From assembly GCA_024686085.1 (NCBI GenBank), contig JAIBDT010000004.1, positions 2,213-66,212 of the forward strand: a DNA stretch of 64,000 bases, written 5' to 3'. Below, one piece after another: positions 20,282 to 30,457 of the stretch (the first letter of the stretch is position 1; every line of letters begins with the position of its first letter). The translations under genes and the position numbers were made by a program. The notes under the pieces were generated by a model that was given only the letters and a program-made list of their open reading frames with translations, searched no databases and was not told the DNA's origin. The stretch comes from Loktanella sp. Its GTDB lineage: Bacteria; Pseudomonadota; Alphaproteobacteria; Rhodobacterales; Rhodobacteraceae.

Positions 20282-20301
20282 GTAGTTTAATATTAAACTA
20301 C
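20282..20301. promoter_or_regulatory. perfect 20-bp palindrome, probable transcription-factor operator
   Basis: GTAGTTTAAT|ATTAAACTAC between divergent maeB and the cupin gene. Confidence 0.7.
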
Positions 20302-20391
20302 TTTTTTGCCCTAACGGCAAGTCTTGCACTATCAATAAACATGGATGGCATCCTCTTGCAAATCTTGAGTATGCGATTGAAGGTATTCGTC

Positions 20392-21480
20392 ATGACAACA
20401 CATGATGATATTCGCGCCGAAGTGCGCCTGCCGACAACGGATCTACGTGCCGATCTGGGGTTCTTTGGTAAAGTTTTGGGGATGAGGTTGGATATGATTT
20501 ATCCAGCGGACGATCCACAAGTCGCTGTTTTTTCCGGTCACGGGGTGCGCGTGCGCTTGATGACAGGGCTACAAGGTGCTGGTGGGCATTTGTGTATTTT
20601 GACGGATGATGCGGGCTTTGCCGATGGTGCAACGACGCTTACCTCGCCTGGTGGGACGCAAGTGGAGGTGGATGTGCTGAACCCGCCAGTTGTGCTGCCT
20701 GATACCGATCATGCGTTTGTCGTCCGGCGTCTGGCCGATCAGGCCCCTTGGGTCATCGGTCGTGCGGGTATGCATTACCGCGACCTGATCCCCAGCCGTT
20801 TGGGTGGGTCGATCATTGCCAGCCATATCCGTATTCCTGATGGTGGTCCTGTGCCTGATATGGTGCATTTCCACCGTGTCGGGTTTCAGCTGATCTATTG
20901 TTATCGCGGCTGGGTCGACGTGGTTTACGAGGATCAAGGCCCGCCTATTCGCCTGATAGCGGGGGATTGTTTTATCCAGCCGCCTGAAATTCGCCACCGC
21001 GTTTTAGAGGCGTCCGAGGGCATTGAGGTGATCGAGATTGGTGTCCCCGCCGAGCATATCACCGAGATTGATCATGATATGACGTTGCCGACCCCGCATT
21101 TGCGCCCAGATCGTGAATGGCAGGGCCAGAAATTTGTGTTTAACGAGGCGGCCAAGTCGCATTTTGCGCCGTTCCGTCTGGCAGGGTTTCAGGCCCGCGA
21201 TACGACGATTGCCGAAAATACCAAGGCCGTTGCTGGCGTGCAGGTAATCAAGCGCGGGCAGGGAGATCCCGTTTGGTCAAAACACGATGCGGATATTCAT
21301 TTTACCTTTGTTTTGCACGGTGAAATGACGCTAGAGGGCGAGGGCAAAGACCCGTATCGCTTAAGTGCCGGCGATGCCTTTGTCATTCCGCCGCAGATGG
21401 CGACGCGCTATGCGGATCCCAGTGACGACATTGAATTGCTAGAAGTGTCCTTGCCGGGTGTTTTTGCGACGACTTCCTGA
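20392..21480 (+). CDS. VOC-like N-domain plus two cupin domains
   Basis: Cupin motifs HFH...FQLIY and GDCFIQPPEIRHR; second cupin H..DIHF...GDAFVIPP. Confidence 0.8.
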   Translation: MTTHDDIRAEVRLPTTDLRADLGFFGKVLGMRLDMIYPADDPQVAVFSGHGVRVRLMTGLQGAGGHLCILTDDAGFADGATTLTSPGGTQVEVDVLNPPVVLPDTDHAFVVRRLADQAPWVIGRAGMHYRDLIPSRLGGSIIASHIRIPDGGPVPDMVHFHRVGFQLIYCYRGWVDVVYEDQGPPIRLIAGDCFIQPPEIRHRVLEASEGIEVIEIGVPAEHITEIDHDMTLPTPHLRPDREWQGQKFVFNEAAKSHFAPFRLAGFQARDTTIAENTKAVAGVQVIKRGQGDPVWSKHDADIHFTFVLHGEMTLEGEGKDPYRLSAGDAFVIPPQMATRYADPSDDIELLEVSLPGVFATTS

Positions 21481-21491
21481 CTTGCATTAAC

Positions 21492-21507
21492 TTGACCAAA
21501 CGGTCAA
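21492..21507. promoter_or_regulatory. RutR-like operator upstream of cdd-deoA-deoB-add-upp
   Basis: TTGACCAAACGGTCAA vs recalled RutR consensus TTGACCAnnTGGTCAA; extra TTGACC half-site at 21510. Confidence 0.65.
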
Positions 21508-21532
21508 ACTTGACCGAACTCTGGAGATGCTG

Positions 21533-21925
21533 ATGACTTTGCTCAATGCTGCGCGTGCTGTGCGCGAAAATGCCTATGCCCCTTATTCGAAATTCAAAGT
21601 GGGCGCGGCCGTGCGCGCGACCTCTGGTGCGGTGCATGTTGGGTGTAATGTAGAGAATGTCGCCTACCCCGAGGGCACCTGTGCCGAGGCGGGTGCCATT
21701 GCTGCGATGATTGCTGCTGGTGACACGAGGATCGCCGAGGTTGCCGTGATTGCCGATAGCCCGCAGCCTGTGAGCCCCTGTGGTGGATGTCGTCAGAAGA
21801 TAGCTGAATTTGCTGAGGGCGATGTTGTTGTGACGTTGCATACGACTGATGGGTTAGAGTTGAAAACGACGATCAAAACGCTGCTGCCTGCTGGTTTTGA
21901 TGCCGACTATATGAGCCGCGTTTAA
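21533..21925 (+). CDS. cdd: cytidine deaminase
   Basis: AYAPYSKFKVGAA, NVEN, CAEAGAI, PCGGCRQ. Confidence 0.95.
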   Translation: MTLLNAARAVRENAYAPYSKFKVGAAVRATSGAVHVGCNVENVAYPEGTCAEAGAIAAMIAAGDTRIAEVAVIADSPQPVSPCGGCRQKIAEFAEGDVVVTLHTTDGLELKTTIKTLLPAGFDADYMSRV

Positions 21926-21927
21926 CG

Positions 21928-23229
21928 ATGGATGCCCGCGCAATTATCGCCAAGGTCCGCCGCGAACAGACGCCAACGGATGATGAATTGATCTGGTTTA
22001 GCAATGGGTTGGCGACAGGTGCGGTGTCGGACGCGCAGGCGGGCGCCTTTGCGATGGCTGTGTGTTTGAACGGGTTGTCGGATGCGGGCCGTATCGCGTT
22101 GACCCGCGGGATGCGCGACAGTGGCAAGGTGTTGGACTGGTCGTTTGATGGCCCTGTATTGGACAAGCATTCGACAGGCGGGGTTGGTGATCCGGTGTCG
22201 CTGCTGCTTGCCCCTGCGCTGGCTGCTTGCGGTGTTTATGTGCCGATGATTTCGGGCCGCGGGTTGGGCCACACTGGTGGCACCTTAGATAAGCTAGAGG
22301 CCATTCCGGGTGTCACGACGAATGTCACGAACCTGCGGTTGCGCCAGATCTTGCGCAAAACGGGTTGTGCGATTGTGGGCGCGTCTGACCGGATTGCCCC
22401 TGCTGATCGCAGGCTTTACGCGATCCGCGATGTGACGGGCACAGTGGAAAGCATTGATCTGATCACCGCGTCGATCTTGTCCAAGAAGCTGTCGGCGGGC
22501 CTAGAAGGGCTGGTGCTGGACGTCAAAGTTGGCTCTGGCGCGTTTATGAAATCGCAGGCCGAGGCGGTCGCTTTGGCGCGTGCTTTGGTCGATGTGGCCA
22601 ATGGTGCGGGGTGTCCGACCGCTGCGCTGATCACGGATATGAACGAGCCTTTGGCCCCTGCGCTGGGCAATGCGCTAGAGGTTGGCGTCTGTATGGAGGT
22701 GTTGTCTGGTGACAAGGCCGCGGCCCCGCGTTTGCATGATTTGACAGTTGCTTTGGGCGCGCGGTTGTTGGCGCTGCATGGGCGGGACGAGGGTGAGGCA
22801 ACTGAAAAGTTGACCGATGCCATCGCGTCTGGCCGTGCGATGACGCATTTTGCGCAGATGATTGCCCTGATGGATGGTCCACCTGATATGGCTGACGACT
22901 GGCGGACGCATTTGCCAAAAGCCAAAGTAGTGGGTGAAGTCGTCGCGACCAAAGCGGGTCATATCAGTGCGATTGATGGTGAAGCTTTGGGCCTTGCGGT
23001 GGTCGATATGGGCGGCGGGCGGCGGGTCGAGACCGACCGCATTGATCCGTCGGTTGGCCTGTCGGACGTGGTGCGCTTGGGTGCGAAAATTGAGGTTAAT
23101 CAACCGCTTTGCACGATCCATGCGGCGTCTGATGCGGCTGCAGAGGCGGCAGCGCAGGCTGTTCTGGCGGCGATTTCGATTGGGGACGCCCCCGATATTC
23201 AACCGCTGATCCGTGAAAGGATTTCATGA
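21928..23229 (+). CDS. deoA: thymidine phosphorylase
   Basis: DKHSTGGVGD, SGRGLGHTGGTLDKLE, SILSKK, LDVKVGSGAFM. Confidence 0.96.
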   Translation: MDARAIIAKVRREQTPTDDELIWFSNGLATGAVSDAQAGAFAMAVCLNGLSDAGRIALTRGMRDSGKVLDWSFDGPVLDKHSTGGVGDPVSLLLAPALAACGVYVPMISGRGLGHTGGTLDKLEAIPGVTTNVTNLRLRQILRKTGCAIVGASDRIAPADRRLYAIRDVTGTVESIDLITASILSKKLSAGLEGLVLDVKVGSGAFMKSQAEAVALARALVDVANGAGCPTAALITDMNEPLAPALGNALEVGVCMEVLSGDKAAAPRLHDLTVALGARLLALHGRDEGEATEKLTDAIASGRAMTHFAQMIALMDGPPDMADDWRTHLPKAKVVGEVVATKAGHISAIDGEALGLAVVDMGGGRRVETDRIDPSVGLSDVVRLGAKIEVNQPLCTIHAASDAAAEAAAQAVLAAISIGDAPDIQPLIRERIS

Positions 23230-24422
23230 TGGCGCGCGCATTTCTTGTGGTGATCGACAGCGTTGGCATTGGTGGCGCACCTGATGCGGGCGCGTTTTTC
23301 AATGGCGATGTGCCTGACACAGGCGCCAATACGGTTGGCCATATTGCGCAGACGCAGGCCGAGGCTGGCACGCCGTTGCGGACTCCGACGCTTGATGCGC
23401 TGGGCATGGGGGCCGCGGTGACGCTGGCGTCCGGGTTCAAAGCGGTTGCGCTGGATGCTGTCCCGACAGGGGCTTGGGGCGCTGCCACCGAGGTGTCGAA
23501 TGGCAAAGATACGCCGTCGGGGCATTGGGAATTGGCGGGTGTGCCTGTGCCGTGGGAATGGCATACGTTTCCCAAGACCGAGCCTGCGTTTCCGCCCGAG
23601 ATCACCGCGCTGATTTGCAAGGTTGCGGGGACCAGCGGCATATTGGCGAACCGTCATGCGTCGGGGACCGCTGTCATCGACGAGGAAGGCCCTGCGCATA
23701 TGAAAACGGGCTGGCCGATTTGTTATACGTCGGTGGATTCCGTGCTGCAGATTGCCGCCCATGAAGAGGTGTTTGGCCGCGAACGCCTGATGGATTTATG
23801 CGCCCAGATTGCGCCTGTGTTACACGAGATGAAGGTGGGTCGGGTGATTGCGCGTCCATTTGTGGGTAATCCTGAAGCCGGATTCCAGCGCACCGAATAC
23901 CGCAAGGATTTCGCGATTGCGCCGCCCGCTGACACGATCTGCGATGCGGTGCATAAGGCGGGGCATCCTGTGCATGCTGTTGGCAAGATTGGTGATATTT
24001 TCTCGATGCGCGGGATCGATGATCTGCGCAAGGGGCGGGATGTGGCCTTAATGGGGCATCTGAATGATCTGGTGGATGAGGCTGCCGATGGTGCCTTTGT
24101 GTTTGCCAATTTCGTCGAGTTTGATAGCGAATATGGTCATCGCCGGGACGTCGCGGGCTATGCGAAACATCTGGAATGGTTTGACGCGGAACTTGCGAAA
24201 GTCCTGCCGCGATTGCGCGAGGGCGATTTGCTGATTATTACTGCTGATCACGGCAACGATCCGACATGGGTTGGCACAGACCACACCCGCGAACGCGTGC
24301 CTGTTTTGGTGCATGGCATCGGTGCGAAACAATTGGGCCTATTGGCCTTTACAGATGTGGGTGCCACGATCGCTGCGCATTTGAACATATCTTATACTGG
24401 CGAAGGACGCAGTTTCTTATGA
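23226..24422 (+). CDS. deoB: phosphopentomutase
   Basis: VIDSVGIG, GKDTPSGHWE, RVIARPF, TADHGNDPT, DHTRE. Confidence 0.97.
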   Translation: MMARAFLVVIDSVGIGGAPDAGAFFNGDVPDTGANTVGHIAQTQAEAGTPLRTPTLDALGMGAAVTLASGFKAVALDAVPTGAWGAATEVSNGKDTPSGHWELAGVPVPWEWHTFPKTEPAFPPEITALICKVAGTSGILANRHASGTAVIDEEGPAHMKTGWPICYTSVDSVLQIAAHEEVFGRERLMDLCAQIAPVLHEMKVGRVIARPFVGNPEAGFQRTEYRKDFAIAPPADTICDAVHKAGHPVHAVGKIGDIFSMRGIDDLRKGRDVALMGHLNDLVDEAADGAFVFANFVEFDSEYGHRRDVAGYAKHLEWFDAELAKVLPRLREGDLLIITADHGNDPTWVGTDHTRERVPVLVHGIGAKQLGLLAFTDVGATIAAHLNISYTGEGRSFL

Positions 24423-25408
24423 CATTTCAAGACATGCCTAAGGTCGAGTTGCATTTGCATCTGGAAGGGGCAGCACCTTCCAAGTTTATCGCAGGGCTGG
24501 CCCAAGAGAAGAACATCGATATTTCCAAGATTTTCGATGCAAAAGGCGATTATGCCTATGACGGCTTTGACGAGTTTCTCAGCACCTATGAGGCCGCTTG
24601 CGAGCCGCTAAAAACCCCGCAAGATTTTTATCGTTTGACGATGGCCGTTCTGGAAGAGACCGCCAAACACGGTGTCGTTTATGCAGAAACCTTTGTTTCT
24701 CCTGACTTTTGTGGTGGTGGCGATGTGGGGGCTTGGCGCGAGTATTTGGATGCGATGACCCGTGCCAGTGTGGACGCAGAGCGTGATTTTGGGATTACAT
24801 TGCGTGGGATTGTCACTGCGATCCGCCACTTTGGGCCCGAGCAGGCCAAGACGGCCGCCCGCTGTGCCGCCGAGACCAAGGGTGATTTTGTTGTAGGCTT
24901 TGGTATGGCGGGTGCCGAGATGGTGGGCCGTCCCAAAGACTATGCCTATAGCTTTGATATGGCGCGCGAGGCGGGCTTGCCGCTGACCTGTCATGCTGGC
25001 GAATGGGATGGTCCTGATATGGTCGCCGACACGATCCGCGACTTGGGCGTTAGCCGTATTGGCCATGGGATTAACGCGGTGCAAGACCCCAAGCTGCTGG
25101 CCGAGATCGCCGAAAAAGGCATCGTGTTAGAGGTCTGCCCAGGATCAAATGTGGTGCTGGGCGCTGTGCCTGATTGGCAAAGCCATCCGATTGTAAAGCT
25201 GCGCGATGCGGGTGTGCCGATCACGGTGTCCACGGATGACCCGCCGTTCTTTCACACGACAATGACCTATGAGTATGACATGTTGGCCAAGACGTTTGGC
25301 TGGGGCGCAGAGGACTTTGCCGTACTGAACCAAACGGGCCTGAAGGCCGCCTATTGCGACGACGCGACCCGTGCCATGATTGCCAAAAAACTGGAGGCTG
25401 CCCAATGA
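24419..25408 (+). CDS. add: adenosine deaminase
   Basis: [25 protein letters not shown]; start moved to MTFQ at 24419. Confidence 0.93.
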   Translation: MTFQDMPKVELHLHLEGAAPSKFIAGLAQEKNIDISKIFDAKGDYAYDGFDEFLSTYEAACEPLKTPQDFYRLTMAVLEETAKHGVVYAETFVSPDFCGGGDVGAWREYLDAMTRASVDAERDFGITLRGIVTAIRHFGPEQAKTAARCAAETKGDFVVGFGMAGAEMVGRPKDYAYSFDMAREAGLPLTCHAGEWDGPDMVADTIRDLGVSRIGHGINAVQDPKLLAEIAEKGIVLEVCPGSNVVLGAVPDWQSHPIVKLRDAGVPITVSTDDPPFFHTTMTYEYDMLAKTFGWGAEDFAVLNQTGLKAAYCDDATRAMIAKKLEAAQ

Positions 25409-26037
25409 TCGACCACCTGACTCATGTGACCCACCCGTTGGTGCAGCATAAACTGACGCTGATGCGCGACAAAGACACGTCCACAGCAGTATTTCGTCAA
25501 TTGTTGCGCGAGATTAGCCAGCTTTTGGCCTATGAGGTCACGCGCGGATTGCCAATGACAACCCGCCGCATCGAGACCCCGATGGAGCCGATGGACGCCC
25601 CTGTCATTGACGGCAAAAAGCTGGCGTTGGTATCTATTTTGCGCGCGGGTAATGGCTTGTTGGATGGTATTTTGGAGTTGATCCCGTCGGCGCGTGTCGG
25701 CTTTGTCGGGCTTTACCGCGATGAGGAAACGCTATTGCCTGTGCAGTATTACTTTAAGGTGCCCACAGAGTTGGAGGACCGCTTGGTGATCGCCGTGGAC
25801 CCGATGCTGGCGACCGGTAATTCGTCCGTGGCCGCGATTGATCTGCTGAAAAAGGCGGGTGCCAAGAATATTCGTTTCTTATGCTTGCTTGCCGCCCCTG
25901 AAGGTATTGCCCGCATGAAAGAGGCCCATCCGGACGTGCCGATCGTCACTGCGGCAGTGGACAGTCATCTCAATGACCATGGATATATTGTCCCTGGGCT
26001 AGGGGATGCGGGTGATCGCATGTTCGGCACTAAATAG
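25405..26037 (+). CDS. upp: uracil phosphoribosyltransferase
   Basis: [34 protein letters not shown]. Confidence 0.97.
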   Translation: MIDHLTHVTHPLVQHKLTLMRDKDTSTAVFRQLLREISQLLAYEVTRGLPMTTRRIETPMEPMDAPVIDGKKLALVSILRAGNGLLDGILELIPSARVGFVGLYRDEETLLPVQYYFKVPTELEDRLVIAVDPMLATGNSSVAAIDLLKKAGAKNIRFLCLLAAPEGIARMKEAHPDVPIVTAAVDSHLNDHGYIVPGLGDAGDRMFGTK

Positions 26038-26125
26038 GGGCCGAATTACGTCAATTTCGCGCACAATGGCTTTACAAAAATTGAGTTTGTTCGACATGTT
26101 ACCACAATATCTTGTGGGAGCACCT

Positions 26126-27592
26126 ATGTCTTATCGCGGCTTTATCAGTGCAGCAGTTGTTGCAATTGCGTTTTCGGGTCAATCCGCAATGGCACAATCA
26201 ACCAGTGCAATCCCTGCTGAATTTCCACCAACTTCCTTTGCTGGCAACCAGTTTGTCGACAGTAAAGGCTGCGCGTTCATTCGTGCGGGTGTTGGCGGTG
26301 CTGTGACGTGGGTTCCGCGTGTGGACCGTAAGCGCCAGCAGCTTTGTAATTTCCAGCCGAGTTTTGCGGCGGCCACCCCAGTGCCAGCCCCCGTGATTGC
26401 AGCGCCTGCGCCAGCGCCGAAGCCTGCGCGTAATGTTGGTGCGCCGATCCGCACCGTTGCCTCGACGACAACGCCGCCGCGTATTACCCCACGTGTCACG
26501 GCCCCTGCGCCTGTTGTGCGGTCCGCCCAGATTACCCCTGTCGTCACACCGCCACCAGCGCCTGTGATTGCGCCCGCGCCAGCCCGCCAGACGTTGTCTG
26601 CGTTTTGTGTTGGTCGCACTGGCCCGCAGCCGGGTTTTGTGAGCAGTTCCACAGGTGAAACGATTGACTGTGGCGGTGCGCCCGTGATTGCGCCAGTCAC
26701 GCGGACTGCTGTTGCCGCACCAAAGCCCGCTGCCCGCCAGACCCGCAGCGCGTTCTGCGTTGGCCGCAGTGGTTTACAACCCGGTTTCATTAGCAGCACG
26801 ACAGGTCAGACGATTGATTGCGGTGGCAAGACACCTGCGCAAATCGTCGCCGCTGCGTCCCCTACATTGCCGACGATGACGATGTCGCAAGTCTGTGCCG
26901 ACATCAGTGCGACAGGCCGGAACTATGTGAATGCCCAGACAGGTCTACCTGTCCGCTGTGGTCCACAAACCCAGCCTGTGTCAAATGGTGGTATCGCGGT
27001 CCCAAGTGCACCGATCGCCCCAAGCATTACTGCGCAGGGGTATAGCGTTGCGAATTGCCCTGCGACGATCCTGACGGTTGGCAATGTCGCTGTGCGGTGT
27101 GGTCCGCAGACACAGCCAGTGTCTGATCGTGTCACCCGCAGCACGGCCTCTGTCGCGACCCGTCCGCTGTTTGGTCCAAAGCCTATTCCTGCTTCGAACC
27201 CTGTTGGTGTCTCGCAAAGCCAAGTGCTTGCTCCGCCAAAAGGCTACACCCGCGTTTGGGATGATGGCCGCCACAATCCGAACCGTGGTTTGCCAAAAGC
27301 ATCCGTGTCCTCTGGTCTGACCGAAAGCGTGTCGTCCCGCACCATCGCCCCACAGGCCGCAACTGCTCACCGTTATGTGCAGGTGGCGTCGCTTGCCGAT
27401 AGTGCGCGTGCAGCCCAGATCGGTCAGCAGTTCCAGCGCCAAGGCTTGCCTGTTGGTCTGGGCACAAAAACGGCGGGTGGTCAGACCTATAAGGTTGTGA
27501 TCCTTGGCCCGTTTAGCAGTGCGGCACAGTTGAACAACGCTTTGCGCGCGGCGCGTGGTGCTGGGTTTGGCGACGCTTACACACGTAATTAA
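26126..27592 (+). CDS. exported SPOR-domain protein with Pro/Ala linkers and Cys repeats
   Basis: Signal peptide; C-terminal YVQVAS...VILGPF...GFGDAY SPOR domain. Confidence 0.85.
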   Translation: MSYRGFISAAVVAIAFSGQSAMAQSTSAIPAEFPPTSFAGNQFVDSKGCAFIRAGVGGAVTWVPRVDRKRQQLCNFQPSFAAATPVPAPVIAAPAPAPKPARNVGAPIRTVASTTTPPRITPRVTAPAPVVRSAQITPVVTPPPAPVIAPAPARQTLSAFCVGRTGPQPGFVSSSTGETIDCGGAPVIAPVTRTAVAAPKPAARQTRSAFCVGRSGLQPGFISSTTGQTIDCGGKTPAQIVAAASPTLPTMTMSQVCADISATGRNYVNAQTGLPVRCGPQTQPVSNGGIAVPSAPIAPSITAQGYSVANCPATILTVGNVAVRCGPQTQPVSDRVTRSTASVATRPLFGPKPIPASNPVGVSQSQVLAPPKGYTRVWDDGRHNPNRGLPKASVSSGLTESVSSRTIAPQAATAHRYVQVASLADSARAAQIGQQFQRQGLPVGLGTKTAGGQTYKVVILGPFSSAAQLNNALRAARGAGFGDAYTRN

Positions 27593-27603
27593 GGTTCTCC
27601 CGG

Positions 27604-27637
27604 GAAAAGGCCCTGCATGTCGACGCGGGGCTTTTTC
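27604..27637. terminator. bidirectional terminator
   Basis: GAAAAGGCCCTGC..GCGGGGCTTTTTC between convergent genes. Confidence 0.75.
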
Positions 27638-27645
27638 TTGTGCGA

Positions 27646-28665
27646 TCAGCTGTTGCAGATCCCTTGCAACCGCACCCAATCTGCATCACTCATGATCTCT
27701 GGTTCGTCGCGTTCCGCATAGGGATCGCGCGCGATCAGGTCTTGTGTCCGTAGTCCTGTAGCGTCGCGTGCATATGCAAACGGGCTGGTCGGGATTTGTG
27801 CGGCTTGGAACGCCTCAATCATTGGCTTTGTCGCGGGGAATGCCGGCTCTGCCTCGGTGACCTGTCGTGCAAAGTCTATAAGGCTGTCAGAGGGTAGGTC
27901 GCCCGTGGTCAAAAGGCCAACAGTTTTCCCCAGTCCAACCGCCTGCAATACCGCCGCTAATGGGTCGGTTGCTTGGCGTGCCGCTGCTGCCGCCACGATG
28001 TAGCCTGCTGGCACGGCGGGGTCGTCTGCGTTTTCGATCACGCGCCTGTCGAGCAGGATGATCCGTCCTGCCAGTGCAAATGATCCCTGCGTCAGTTTTG
28101 GCAGCACCACGATCTGACCTGCTGCATCATTGCCGAACAAGCGTTTGTGTAATTGGTCAAGTGCGGCGCTGCCTTCTTCGTTGCGACAGCGTGGCCCTGT
28201 GAGCCGCTGCACATGTCCCAGCACAGTGGCCCCGATTTCCGTTCGTTTGACCATAGGCACCACGGATACGGTTTGCCGCGTCAGCGCGTCAGGCAACCAG
28301 AACACCGCCAGTGCCGTTGTACCTGCCAAGATCCCAAGGGTAATCATTTGACGCAGTTTGCCGCGCTGCGGTCGCTGTTTGGCCAGGGTCTTGCGCACCT
28401 TCTCGATCGCGCCGATCATCAGGTCGTCGTCAATTTCAAGCGCTTCTTCGGCGTCCTCACCGGGTGCGAAGATGGCTGGTCTTTCGTGCGGGTTTTGCCT
28501 GTGAATGGCTGCAAGTGACCAGTGGGTCAGGGGTCGTCCTGCGCCGTCGGTTATCACCAATGTAGCATTGCCAAACGACACAGTGACGTCGCGGCGCTGT
28601 GCGTCCGCGTCGGCGCGCCAAATCCCGCCGCTTTCTAACCGTTCATATTCACGGAGTGCCGTCAT
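27646..28665 (-). CDS. membrane-anchored M48 peptidase-like protein lacking HExxH
   Basis: N-terminal soluble domain, one TM helix, then an M48-like region with IVAAAAAR where HExxH is expected. Confidence 0.6.
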   Translation of the reverse strand: MTALREYERLESGGIWRADADAQRRDVTVSFGNATLVITDGAGRPLTHWSLAAIHRQNPHERPAIFAPGEDAEEALEIDDDLMIGAIEKVRKTLAKQRPQRGKLRQMITLGILAGTTALAVFWLPDALTRQTVSVVPMVKRTEIGATVLGHVQRLTGPRCRNEEGSAALDQLHKRLFGNDAAGQIVVLPKLTQGSFALAGRIILLDRRVIENADDPAVPAGYIVAAAAARQATDPLAAVLQAVGLGKTVGLLTTGDLPSDSLIDFARQVTEAEPAFPATKPMIEAFQAAQIPTSPFAYARDATGLRTQDLIARDPYAERDEPEIMSDADWVRLQGICNS

Positions 28666-28725
28666 GTGCCTGCTTTTACTGTTTGAACACAGCTTAACGG
28701 GGTCTGACAGCTTTGTGTAGCCGCC

Positions 28726-30351
28726 TTAAAGCCCTTTGGCGATCACGCGCAGTTCAAATTTCTGGATTTTACCTGTCGAGGTCTTGGGCAGGTCTTGGAA
28801 CACCACCCGTTTTGGGCATTTAAACCCCGCGATGCGCGTGCGCGCAAAAGCAATCATCTCGGCCTCGGTTGCAATTGCCCCGTCTTTGAGCTCGATGAAT
28901 GCACATGGCACTTCGCCCCATTTGTCGTCGGGCTTGGCCACGACCGCGCAAAGGTTGACCGCCGCGTGGTTCATCAGCGCGCCTTCGACCTCGACCGAGC
29001 TGATGTTTTCCCCACCCGAGATAATGATATCTTTGGCCCGATCCGAGATTTGGATGTAGCCATTGGGGTGTTGGATCGCGAGATCCTCGGAATGGAAATA
29101 GCCGCCTGCAAATGCTTTCGCTGTGGCCTGTGGGTTTTTATAGTAACCTTTCATGACCGCATTACCACGGATCATGATTTCACCTTGGGTCGCACCGTCC
29201 ATGGTCACTTGGGTCATGTCGGGGTCCATCACGGTGATGTCTTCCATCATGGGGAAGGCCACCCCTTGCCGCGCTTGGATGCTGGCCTTTTCATCGGCGG
29301 GCAAGGCCCCCCAAGCCGCGTCCCAGATGCATTCGGTCACATGCCCGTAAGTTTCGGTTAGCCCGTACACTTGTGTGATATTGAAGCCCAGTTTCTGCAC
29401 AGCGGCCAGTGTAGCGGGCGCGGGTGGTGCGCCTGCGGTGAAGACCTCGACGGTGTGGTCAAAGCTGCGCCGTTCGGGGTCTTTGGCGTTTACGATCAGG
29501 TTCAGCACAATCGGTGCGCCGCCAAAATGCGTAACCCCGTGGTCAGCAATCGCTGCATAGATCGCTTTGGCCGAGACGTCACGACAACACACAACGGTCC
29601 CGCCGAGCGACGGCATCATCCAAGTATGGTTCCAGCCGTTACAATGAAACAGCGGCACGATTTGCAGGTATTTGATGAACAGCGGCAGTTGCCAAGAGAT
29701 CGGCGTGCCCATTGTCATCAGATAGGCCCCACGGTGGTGGTAGACGACCCCTTTGGGGCGCCCTGTGGTGCCAGAGGTGTAGTTCAGCGCAAGGCTTTCC
29801 CATTCGTCGGTTGGCATGATCCATGTAAAGTCCGCGTCGCCTTTGGCGAGGAAGTCTTCGTAGTTTATCTGCTCACCGATGGGTTTGATGCCTGCGACCG
29901 CGTCGGGCACTTCGACAACCAGCGGGGCAGGGCCATCCATATGGCTGATCGCCTCCATCACCATGGGCATGAACTGGCTGTCGACGATGGCCACTTTGGC
30001 GCCGCCGTGGTCGAAGATGTAGGCCACTGTGTCCACATCAAGCCGTGTGTTGATCGTGTTCAGCACGGCCCCACAGGCGGGCACGGCAAAGCTTGCCTCG
30101 GATTGCGCGGGGATATTGGGCAGGACTGTTGCCACCACATCGCCCGACACAACGCCCGCCTTTGCTAAAGCGCTGGCAAGTTTTGTGACGCGGGTATGGT
30201 ATTGCGCGTAGGTCAGCCGGTGGTCACCATAGATCAGCGCGTCGCGGTCGGCAAAGACACGTGCGGCACGATTTAGGTGCGATAGAGGGGTCAGCGGCAC
30301 AAAGTTGGCGGCACATTTATCCAGCCCGTTTTCGTCAGCCATCCAGCCCAT
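28726..30351 (-). CDS. AMP-dependent acyl-CoA synthetase
   Basis: YTSGTTGRPKG, YGLTET, FHSEDL, IISGGENISS, PKTSTGKIQK. Confidence 0.93.
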   Translation of the reverse strand: MGWMADENGLDKCAANFVPLTPLSHLNRAARVFADRDALIYGDHRLTYAQYHTRVTKLASALAKAGVVSGDVVATVLPNIPAQSEASFAVPACGAVLNTINTRLDVDTVAYIFDHGGAKVAIVDSQFMPMVMEAISHMDGPAPLVVEVPDAVAGIKPIGEQINYEDFLAKGDADFTWIMPTDEWESLALNYTSGTTGRPKGVVYHHRGAYLMTMGTPISWQLPLFIKYLQIVPLFHCNGWNHTWMMPSLGGTVVCCRDVSAKAIYAAIADHGVTHFGGAPIVLNLIVNAKDPERRSFDHTVEVFTAGAPPAPATLAAVQKLGFNITQVYGLTETYGHVTECIWDAAWGALPADEKASIQARQGVAFPMMEDITVMDPDMTQVTMDGATQGEIMIRGNAVMKGYYKNPQATAKAFAGGYFHSEDLAIQHPNGYIQISDRAKDIIISGGENISSVEVEGALMNHAAVNLCAVVAKPDDKWGEVPCAFIELKDGAIATEAEMIAFARTRIAGFKCPKRVVFQDLPKTSTGKIQKFELRVIAKGL

Positions 30352-30457
30352 TGTTGTCCCCTCCCAAGGTTGCGCTTGCTGTGTTACCCTAGGATATGTC
30401 AGACATTTAAATCAATGGGCGAAATTCGCCTGCGTTTGCATAAATGGAATTGCCCTT

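Noticed and set aside
20392-30351. Assigning DMSP genes (cupin lyase dddQ/W/K, or dmdB for the 28726-30351 ligase)
   Set aside because: Family motifs cannot separate these from paralogues by eye, and no other DMSP genes are nearby.
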